From a virus (Duplodnaviria > Heunggongvirae > Uroviricota > Caudoviricetes): DNA of 23,800 nucleotides. The position numbers and the translations under genes were made by a program. The notes below the pieces were generated by a model. It saw only the letters and a list, made by a program, of their open reading frames with translations, did not search any database and was not told the origin of the DNA. Positions 1 through 6,425 of the stretch are shown one piece after another (positions within the stretch are counted from its first letter, which is position 1; every line of letters begins with the position of its first letter). The DNA lies in the IMG/VR virus record IMGVR_UViG_2663763471_000001, one strand, 5' to 3'.

Positions 1-1
1 G

Positions 2-103
2 GGGCTGAATGCGCTGACGCTGACGGATATTACCAAAAATGCAACGTATGGCGTTGAGATAGAAAGTCTGGTGCTGGAGATAAATGCACCGGCATCATCA
101 TAA
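2..103 (+). CDS. 3' end of an upstream ORF (partial, unknown function)
   Basis: Open frame from the window edge to TAA at 101-103 (…GLNALTLTDITKNATYGVEIESLVLEINAPASS*). Sits where lambdoid phages carry Q or a moron upstream of the lysis genes. No recognisable motif. Confidence 0.3.
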   Translation, partial: GLNALTLTDITKNATYGVEIESLVLEINAPASS

Positions 104-187
104 AAAGTGAGCCAGTCAAATGGAAGGTATCGTTAAACTCACCGGTAGTGTCAGTGGGTCGTCTGAGATGCCTGCATGAGTTATCAG

Positions 188-218
188 AGCCATCAGTACT
201 TAACTGGTGGCTTTTTTT
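188..218 (+). terminator. Rho-independent terminator, tR'-like, upstream of the lysis genes
   Basis: 8-bp stem agccatca/tggtggct (one G-U wobble), 9-nt loop, then a run of seven T. Lies just before the holin start, the position of lambda tR' that Q antitermination reads through. Confidence 0.55.
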
Positions 219-253
219 ATTGTTGTCAGCTTCCGGATAACGGGAGACGGGGT

Positions 254-469
254 ATGTACCAGATGGAAAAAATCACAACAGGTGTGTCATACACCACGTC
301 AGCGGTGGGAACGGGCTACTGGTTCCTGCAGTTGCTGGACAGGGTTTCCCCGTCTCAGTGGGCGGCAATAGGCGTGCTGGGGAGTCTGCTGTTTGGGCTG
401 CTGACATATCTGACTAACCTGTATTTCAAAATCAGAGAGGACCGTCGTAAGGCGGCACGGGGAGAGTAA
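254..469 (+). CDS. S: Class II holin/antiholin, phage 21 S (pinholin) type, dual-start motif
   Basis: Translation [71 protein letters not shown] resembles phage 21 S as recalled from memory. In-frame ATGs at 254 and 263 give 71- and 68-aa products, the S21-71/S21-68 arrangement. Two TM segments and a charged C-terminus. The ORF-track start at 176 is rejected because it would span the terminator hairpin. Confidence 0.85.
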   Translation: MYQMEKITTGVSYTTSAVGTGYWFLQLLDRVSPSQWAAIGVLGSLLFGLLTYLTNLYFKIREDRRKAARGE

Positions 470-473
470 TTCA

Positions 474-818
474 ATGACTCAAAACTATGAACTGATTGTG
501 AAAGGGATCCGCAATTTTGAGAATAAAGTTACGGTAACTTTAGCGTTACGGGACAAAAAACGCTTTGACGGTGAAATTTTTGACCTGGACATCTCGCTGG
601 ACCGTGTTGAAGGTGCCGCGCTGGAGTTTTATGAGGCAGCAGCCAGAAGGAGCATCAGACAGGTCTTCCTGGATGTTGCTGCCGGGTTATGTGAAGGGGA
701 TGAGCAGTCGCCGGAAAAGCGCCCCGTAATTTTAGAGGCGCAGGATGTGTTGATAACCTACAGAGGAAAACTACCGGGAATAATTACGGGTTCTCTGAAG
801 AGTCCGCCGAAATGGTAA
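474..818 (+). CDS. Hypothetical protein (114 aa) inserted between holin and endolysin
   Basis: ATG at 474 with SD ggagag 7 nt upstream. Charged, soluble-looking protein with no TM segment. Local GC is lower than in the flanking phage genes. Not recognised. Confidence 0.5.
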   Translation: MTQNYELIVKGIRNFENKVTVTLALRDKKRFDGEIFDLDISLDRVEGAALEFYEAAARRSIRQVFLDVAAGLCEGDEQSPEKRPVILEAQDVLITYRGKLPGIITGSLKSPPKW

Positions 819-1056
819 TTTTACCAGCATATTTTTCATCCAGTAATACAGCAAGCCGCCTGAAAGAGTCTTGTTGTTCCTGAGACCATTTGGGATTGCA
901 TGATTCAAACTGGATTGATGCCAGCGTTGATTGCATCTGTTCCCTTGGAATTGAGAATGCCAGATATGAGAAGGCGACGGTAAGGGTATTCACGTCTTCC
1001 CGAAGCCTGGAAATGCTGTCGAGCAACTCCTGTAGAGAAATGGTGTTATTGTCCAT
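784..1056 (-). CDS. Hypothetical protein (90 aa), convergent with and overlapping the 3' end of 474-818
   Basis: ATG at 1056 on the - strand with SD GAGGA 7 nt upstream. Hydrophilic, likely helical. Its 3' end overlaps the upstream + gene by 35 nt. Function unknown; coding status unverified. Confidence 0.35.
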   Translation of the reverse strand: MDNNTISLQELLDSISRLREDVNTLTVAFSYLAFSIPREQMQSTLASIQFESCNPKWSQEQQDSFRRLAVLLDEKYAGKITISADSSENP

Positions 1057-1161
1057 AAATAATCCTCATGATTGTATTGACCTGTTAGCAGCCTGAGGCA
1101 ACAGGCTGGAACTGATAAACATATCCAGGGCTCAGAAACCGATAAATCCTGATAAATATCC

Positions 1162-1695
1162 ATGAACGCAAAAATCAGATACGGCCTGTCGGCTGCCGTT
1201 CTGGCGCTGATTGCCGCTGGTGCGCCTGCGCCTGACATTCTCGACCAGTTTCTGGATGAAAAGGAAGGTAACCACACCACGGCATACCGTGATGGCGCGG
1301 GTATCTGGACCATCTGCCGCGGTGCCATCCTGGTGGATGGCAAACCTGTCGTTCCGGGCATGAAGTTGTCGAAGGAAAAATGCGACCGGGTTAACGCCAT
1401 TGAGCGTGATAAGGCGCTGGCATGGGTGGAGAAAAACATCAAAGTGCCATTGACCGAACCCCAGAAAGCGGGGATCGCGTCATTCTGTCCGTACAACATT
1501 GGTCCCGGTAAGTGTTTCCCGTCGACGTTTTACAGACGAATTAATGCAGGTGATCGCAGGGGAGCATGCGAAGCGATTCGCTGGTGGATTAAGGACGGTG
1601 GCAGAGACTGCCGTATTCGCTCAAATAACTGTTACGGTCAGGTATTCCGTCGTGACCAGGAGAGCGCGCTGGCGTGCTGGGGAATCGACAGATAA
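1162..1695 (+). CDS. R: SAR endolysin (lysozyme, T4-lysozyme/GH24 type, phage 21 R-like)
   Basis: N-terminal weakly hydrophobic Gly/Ala-rich SAR segment (YGLSAAVLALIAAGAPAP) followed by the E-X8-D-X5-T catalytic motif (EGNHTTAYRDGAGIWT). Paired with a pinholin as in phage 21. Confidence 0.9.
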   Translation: MNAKIRYGLSAAVLALIAAGAPAPDILDQFLDEKEGNHTTAYRDGAGIWTICRGAILVDGKPVVPGMKLSKEKCDRVNAIERDKALAWVEKNIKVPLTEPQKAGIASFCPYNIGPGKCFPSTFYRRINAGDRRGACEAIRWWIKDGGRDCRIRSNNCYGQVFRRDQESALACWGIDR

Positions 1696-1786
1696 GCAGA
1701 ATATTTTGCTGAAAAATGAGGTTGGCCAACGCGGGCGGATAACACGAAGTCCTGTGAACTGGCAAAACCTAAGTGAATAAAAGTAA

Positions 1787-1825
1787 AAACCCCGTTTGTT
1801 GGCAGCAAGCGGGGTTTTGTTTTTA
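1787..1825 (+). terminator. Rho-independent terminator downstream of the endolysin
   Basis: aaaccccgtttg / caagcggggttt stem (one U-G wobble), 7-nt loop, followed by tgttttta. Confidence 0.55.
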
Positions 1826-1987
1826 TGGCAGTAAGCTATGGGAGGCTGCCTTGATTGATTTTAGCAAACTGATTAGGGAGTTGCGACTCATGATTAGTCA
1901 ATTACCAAACTGGAAATTTTTGCTGGTCTGGAGCATCCCTTTTTTATGGGTAGTATCCCAGTTAATTGTGGCAATTAAGGGGTAGCT

Positions 1988-2119
1988 ATGTCAGACAAAC
2001 TCATAACGCCGGCAAAGGTCCTGTGTGTGATTGTCGGTATTTCATTTTCACTAATGCTGGTTGCTCTTTTTCTGTCCCTCGCCTGGGTGATGTTGTCTTC
2101 GTCGGGGCTGCTGGGGTGA
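1988..2119 (+). CDS. Small hydrophobic peptide (43 aa, single predicted TM)
   Basis: ATG at 1988 with SD aagggg 6 nt upstream. MSDKLITPAKVLCVIVGISFSLMLVALFLSLAWVMLSSSGLLG. Too short for the ORF track. AT-rich context between endolysin and Rz. Confidence 0.4.
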   Translation: MSDKLITPAKVLCVIVGISFSLMLVALFLSLAWVMLSSSGLLG

Positions 2120-2337
2120 CAGTGACTGATGACATCAGCAGAGCGCTGGCTTTTGCTATTAAGTGGGTGGCTGTTGGTATTGCTGTGTCTCCGATGCTGT
2201 ATGGGCTGGCAAAACTGGTCATTGCGCTGAAATCGTGAACTTTAAAAAGATGAGTGCTGAACTTATTCGGGCAATGGCATTTGCCATTCGTATTGTGGCC
2301 ATTGCTGTTCTGGTCTGGGCAATCCGTTGGTGGTGAT

Positions 2338-2832
2338 ATGAACCGTGTTCTGTGTGTGGTGATTATTGTCATGCTGGTAGCCTGTGGTGTGCTTAGTCTG
2401 GGGCTGAATCATTACCGCGATAACGCCATCACCTACAAAGCGCAGCGCGATAAAAAAGTCAGTGAGCTGAAACTGGCGAATGCCACTATTACTGACATGC
2501 AGCAGCGCCAGCGAGATGTCGCTGCGCTTGATGCCAGATACACGAAGGAATTAGCCGATGCGAGAGCTGAAAATGAAACTCTGCGCGCTGATGTTGCCGC
2601 TGGTCGTAAGCGCCTGCGGGTCAACGCCACCTGCCCCGGTACCGTGCGTGAAGCCACCGGCACCTCCAGCGTGGATAATGCAACCGGCCCCCGACTGGCA
2701 GACACCGCTGAACGGGATTATTTCATCCTCAGAGAACGGTTGATGACAATGCAGAAGCAGCTGGAAGGGGCGCAGGAATATATCCGCACTCAGTGCACTA
2801 AGCTGGCTTTTTATTATCCGGAGGATACATGA
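2338..2832 (+). CDS. Rz: i-spanin Rz
   Basis: [41 protein letters not shown]… has an N-terminal TM anchor and the [15 protein letters not shown] motif, then a coiled-coil periplasmic domain, closely resembling lambda Rz as recalled. The ORF-track start at 2254 is an upstream extension. Confidence 0.9.
   Translation: MNRVLCVVIIVMLVACGVLSLGLNHYRDNAITYKAQRDKKVSELKLANATITDMQQRQRDVAALDARYTKELADARAENETLRADVAAGRKRLRVNATCPGTVREATGTSSVDNATGPRLADTAERDYFILRERLMTMQKQLEGAQEYIRTQCTKLAFYYPEDT
2558..2743 (+). CDS. Rz1: o-spanin Rz1, embedded in the +1 frame of Rz
   Basis: Signal peptide with lipobox LVVSAC, proline-rich mature part ([32 protein letters not shown]), about 60 aa, entirely inside Rz in another frame. 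Alternative start ATG at 2573. Confidence 0.85.
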   Translation: MRELKMKLCALMLPLVVSACGSTPPAPVPCVKPPAPPAWIMQPAPDWQTPLNGIISSSENG

Positions 2833-3044
2833 AGAAATTACGGGTAACCGTAGAACCTTTTCAGGGAACAATTCCGTTCCGTATTTTGCAGCGTGGTCGT
2901 GTTCTTGTTGAAGGTTCGTTCAGTGGTAAATGTACGCAATTACACTCCCGGACCTTTCAGGTGAATGCCACGAATGAAGAGCTAACCGTGGAGTGTACGA
3001 TGAATGCCGCTAAATGCCGCATGGTATTACAGCCAGTGTGTTGA
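2829..3044 (+). CDS. Hypothetical protein (71 aa) downstream of Rz
   Basis: ATG overlaps the Rz stop (ATGA) and has SD ggagga upstream. Position matches small genes of unknown function found after the spanins in DLP12-like prophages. Confidence 0.45.
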   Translation: MKKLRVTVEPFQGTIPFRILQRGRVLVEGSFSGKCTQLHSRTFQVNATNEELTVECTMNAAKCRMVLQPVC

Positions 3045-3242
3045 GCGACCTTATTATCCATGCGCGGTATTGTCGCCGTATTCCTGCATTAACAGAGACC
3101 GCAGCCCGACAGGGAGACTCCTCTGCGCGAGTGTGCGGGGATAATCAAAAACGATACACACCGGGGTTTACCGCGTTAACGGAGCGCGGCGTTGTCCCCT
3201 CATAGTCGCCTGTCCGGTGCGATGGTGGAAGAAACCGAACGT

Positions 3243-3443
3243 TCATTTCTCGTTATTTGTCATGCTGGCCGGGCGCAGATGCGTTGCATCTGTTGCCAGC
3301 CTTCTCCTGCAGGCTTCAATAACCCACGCTGAAAAGTTACCGGACCCTTTATGCTCAAGGGCGATGTTGATCTGTTCAATTATGTGATTGGGGAAACGGA
3401 TATTGCGGGTTGTGGTTCTGCGGGTCCGGTTTTTCGATGACAT
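3243..3443 (-). CDS. Small basic protein, possibly YlcI/DUF3950-like (ribbon-helix-helix-like)
   Basis: Start moved to the internal ATG at 3443, which has SD AAAGGA 7 nt upstream. MSSKNRTRRTTTRNIRFPNHIIEQINIALEHKGSGNFSAWVIEACRRRL… resembles, from memory, the DLP12 ylcI product that sits just before the terminase small subunit. Identity unverified. Confidence 0.5.
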   Translation of the reverse strand: MSSKNRTRRTTTRNIRFPNHIIEQINIALEHKGSGNFSAWVIEACRRRLATDATHLRPASMTNNEK

Positions 3444-3484
3444 ATTTATTTCCTTTACTGATTGCCATATGACGGGGATTTTAC

Positions 3485-3850
3485 ATGGCTGAGCTTCGTA
3501 CACTCCAGAGCAGAATCAAAACACTGAATACCCGACGGGTGAATATTCTGAAGGGGGAGCAGCGTCGTGTCAGTGGCAGTGCACGTGTTTCCCTCAAGCG
3601 TCATATCTGGCTGAGGGACGCCGGGCAGTGCTGTATCTGTGGTCGTGTGGTTGACCTCTGTGACAGTGAACTCGATCACCGAATTGCACTTCAGTTCGGT
3701 GGTGGTAATGAGGAGACGAATCTTTGGACGCTCTGTGCCGAATGCCATCGACAAAAGTCTGCTCGTGAAGCGGCGAGTGGTATGCCGGACCCGACGCTGC
3801 CGGAGGTGTCCGGAGGTAGTGGCAGAGAGGACGACATCATCGGACTGTAA
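3485..3850 (+). CDS. HNH endonuclease, packaging-associated (HK97 gp74-like)
   Basis: HNH motif with zinc-binding Cys pairs (CCICG…DHRIALQFGG…N…CAECH). Located immediately upstream of the cos-like region and terminase small subunit, as in HK97-like phages. Confidence 0.85.
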   Translation: MAELRTLQSRIKTLNTRRVNILKGEQRRVSGSARVSLKRHIWLRDAGQCCICGRVVDLCDSELDHRIALQFGGGNEETNLWTLCAECHRQKSAREAASGMPDPTLPEVSGGSGREDDIIGL

Positions 3851-3942
3851 CCCAACCCGGGGGGGGTATCATCCGGCGTAAAAAACGATCGCTTTGGACA
3901 CCGCGCCCCCTCTCACGCAGAGAAAAAATTCCCGTTTCAGGG

Positions 3943-4064
3943 CAGTTAACATGTTAACTGGCTGCCCGGGCATTTTTGCGGTTTTTATCTTTATTATTCA
4001 GTTTGTTGTGCGGAAAAAATGTTAACAGGCTTTTTCAGCAAATGTTAACCAGGCAGCAGTTAAC
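3943..4064. repeat. Cluster of GTTAAC-containing palindromes and repeats in the HNH-terS intergenic region (putative cos / terminase-binding sites)
   Basis: Perfect 18-bp palindrome cagttaacatgttaactg at 3943-3960, plus further aatgttaac copies at 4021-4026, 4044-4049 and 4059-4064. A G8 run lies at 3859-3866. Non-coding, directly upstream of terS. Confidence 0.5.
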
Positions 4065-4140
4065 ATTTGCGGCATGAGACGCCGGGAAAAATGGGCTGAA
4101 CCATACCCGGCTGAGTGCGTTCTGGACCCGGGAGGAGGCT

Positions 4141-4704
4141 GTGCTGACAACGCAAAAACGAAAATTTGCGCTGGCGCTCATGTCCGGGAAAAACAAAACA
4201 GCGTCAGCCATTGCCGCCGGTTATTCGGCGAAGACCGCCAGGGTTAAAGGCTCGCAGCTGGCAAAAGATCCTGAGGTGCTTGCGTTTATAGCCCGTAAAC
4301 AATGCGAGACGGTGGAGGTGGATGAGGTTCCTGTTTACCGGCAGAAAAAATCAGAGCAGGAGGATAAACCCCGTCGCCGTGAGGCGGCTGCAATACCACA
4401 GCCGGACGAAAACAATCTGGAGATGCCACCGTCCGCGGTGATGTCTCCTGGTATTGAATATATGGAGGATGGTCTTCCCGATCCGGTGAAAGCCATGGGG
4501 CGGATCCTGGTGGAAAACCTCTGCATTGATCCGAAACTGGCACTGGATGCGGCCTGGCGTCTGGCGCAGTTCACGCACCATAAAAAAGGGGATACCGGGA
4601 AAAAATCGGCAAAAGGTGATGCCGCGAAAAAAGCGGCTAACCGTTTTGCGGTGCCACCGCCCCCCCGACTGGTGGTGAATAACGATAATGAGGGCAACGG
4701 ATGA
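4141..4704 (+). CDS. Terminase small subunit
   Basis: GTG start with SD gggaggagg. N-terminal HTH-like segment (ASAIAAGYSAKTARVKGSQLAKDPEV) typical of phage small terminases. Stop overlaps the terL start. Confidence 0.8.
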   Translation: MLTTQKRKFALALMSGKNKTASAIAAGYSAKTARVKGSQLAKDPEVLAFIARKQCETVEVDEVPVYRQKKSEQEDKPRRREAAAIPQPDENNLEMPPSAVMSPGIEYMEDGLPDPVKAMGRILVENLCIDPKLALDAAWRLAQFTHHKKGDTGKKSAKGDAAKKAANRFAVPPPPRLVVNNDNEGNG

Positions 4705-6362
4705 TACCTGTATGGAGCACAGCCTGCCCGGACTGGGCAGAGCGCCTGAAAAAGGGGCTGTCGATTATTCCGGATCCGATTTATCCGGACGAGGCCGCAC
4801 ATGCCCTGGCGATTTTTAAACAACTGCGGATTGTGGATGCACCTGGTAGCCCTACGTTCGGGGAGTCCTGTGCACCGTGGGTGTTTGACCTGGTGGCGGC
4901 CCTGTTTGGCTCCTACGATGCGCAGACCGGTGTACGCCATATCAAGGAAGTTTTTATCCTTATCCCCAAGAAAAACTCGAAGTCCACGCTGGCCGCGGGG
5001 ATCATGATGACTGCACTGTTACTGAACTGGCGGCAGGCGGCGGGTTACACGATTCTGGCCCCGACTGTGGAGGTGGCGGCCAACGCCTTCAACCCTGCCC
5101 GGGATATGGTACGACGTGACGATGATCTGGATGACCTCTGCCAGGTACAGACCCATATCCGGACCATCACCCACCGAGTGACGGACACCACCCTGAAGGT
5201 GGTGGCAGCCGATCCGAATACGGTGTCCGGTATCAAGTCCGTGGGTACGCTGATTGATGAGTTGTGGCTGTTTGGCAAGCAGTGCAAGGCGGAGGACATG
5301 TTACGTGAAGCCATAGGCGGCCTTGCCTCCCGCCCGGAAGGGTTTGTGGTGTATACGACCACCCAGTCGAATGAACCGCCCGCCGGGGTGTTCAGACAGA
5401 AACTGCAGTACGCCCGGGATGTGCGCGACGGCAAAATTCATGATCCGCACTTTCTGCCGGTGATATTTGAACACCCTCCTGAAATGGTGGAAAGCGGGAC
5501 TAACCTGCTGATGGAAAACCTCGCCATGGTCAATCCGAATCTCGGCTATTCAGTGGATGAGGCCTTTCTGTACCGGGAGTACCGTAAAGCCCGGGAAGCC
5601 GGTGAAGAGACATTCCGGGGGTTCATGTCAAAACACGCCAATGTGGAAATTGGTCTTGCCCTGCGCTCTGACCGCTGGGCGGGGGCTGATTTCTGGGAAG
5701 AGCAGGGCCGTTGTATCAGCCTGGACGATATCCTGCGTCGTGCTGATGTGGTGACGGTGGGGATTGACGGCGGAGGGCTGGATGATCTGCTGGGGATGTA
5801 TGTGATTGGGCGTGACCGGGAGACCCGCGAATGGCTGGGCTGGGGCCATGCCTGGGCGCATGAAACCGCGGTGGTCCGACGGAAGAGCGAGGCGTCCCGG
5901 TTTCAGGATCTTGTTGCCTGTGGAGATATGACCATTGTCCGGCGTGTCGGGGATGACACGGCGGAAGTGGCGGAATATGTGCGTCGCATTCATGAGGCTG
6001 AGTTACTGGACCATATCGGTATTGACCCGTCAGGGGTGGGGCAGATTCTGGATTCACTGGCGGAAGCCGGGATCCCCGACGGAATTGTGGTGGGGATAAG
6101 CCAGGGCTGGAAACTGGGCGGGGCCATTAAAACCACCGAGCGCAAACTGGCTGAAGGGGTGCTGGTGCATGGTGACCAGCCCCTGATGGCCTGGTGTGTC
6201 GGCAATGCCCGGGTGGAGCCTAAAGGTAACGCCATTCTTATCACCAAACAGGCCAGTGGACGGGGAAAAATTGACCCGCTGATGGCGCTGTTCAATGCGG
6301 TCTCCCTGATGTCCCTTAACCCGGAACCGAAAAAGAAAGAATATGCGGTTTTTTTCATATAA
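4701..6362 (+). CDS. Terminase large subunit (Terminase_1-like)
   Basis: 553 aa. Walker A-like ILIPKKNSKST in the N-terminal ATPase part and a C-terminal nuclease region. ATGA overlap with terS. Confidence 0.9.
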   Translation: MIPVWSTACPDWAERLKKGLSIIPDPIYPDEAAHALAIFKQLRIVDAPGSPTFGESCAPWVFDLVAALFGSYDAQTGVRHIKEVFILIPKKNSKSTLAAGIMMTALLLNWRQAAGYTILAPTVEVAANAFNPARDMVRRDDDLDDLCQVQTHIRTITHRVTDTTLKVVAADPNTVSGIKSVGTLIDELWLFGKQCKAEDMLREAIGGLASRPEGFVVYTTTQSNEPPAGVFRQKLQYARDVRDGKIHDPHFLPVIFEHPPEMVESGTNLLMENLAMVNPNLGYSVDEAFLYREYRKAREAGEETFRGFMSKHANVEIGLALRSDRWAGADFWEEQGRCISLDDILRRADVVTVGIDGGGLDDLLGMYVIGRDRETREWLGWGHAWAHETAVVRRKSEASRFQDLVACGDMTIVRRVGDDTAEVAEYVRRIHEAELLDHIGIDPSGVGQILDSLAEAGIPDGIVVGISQGWKLGGAIKTTERKLAEGVLVHGDQPLMAWCVGNARVEPKGNAILITKQASGRGKIDPLMALFNAVSLMSLNPEPKKKEYAVFFI

Positions 6363-6387
6363 CCCTGTTCACACTGTAACCATCACG

Positions 6388-6408
6388 AACCGCTCCGGCG
6401 GTTTTTTT
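6388..6408 (+). terminator. Terminator-like hairpin between terL and the capsid gene
   Basis: aaccgc-tccg-gcggtt stem-loop followed by seven T. Nearly identical to the element at 13873-13893. Confidence 0.4.
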
Positions 6409-6425
6409 ATTTTCAGGAGGCTGAT

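Noticed and set aside
176-253. N-terminal extension of the holin ORF back to the ATG at 176
   Set aside because: It would include the terminator hairpin at 188-218. Starts at 254/263 give the known 71/68-aa class II holin pair.
1499-1780. 93-aa ORF overlapping the 3' end of the endolysin
   Set aside because: Alternate frame of the endolysin with Arg-rich biased composition. Not an Rz-type protein; the true Rz/Rz1 are at 2338-2832.
4650-4665. C7 homopolymer inside terS as a possible phase-variation tract
   Set aside because: It encodes an in-frame PPPP stretch near the C-terminus; no evidence of slippage. The G8 run at 3859-3866 is non-coding and is noted under the cos finding instead.
4335-4940. 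201-aa - strand ORF across the terS/terL junction
   Set aside because: Antisense to the terminase genes; low-complexity Arg/Gly/Ala translation.
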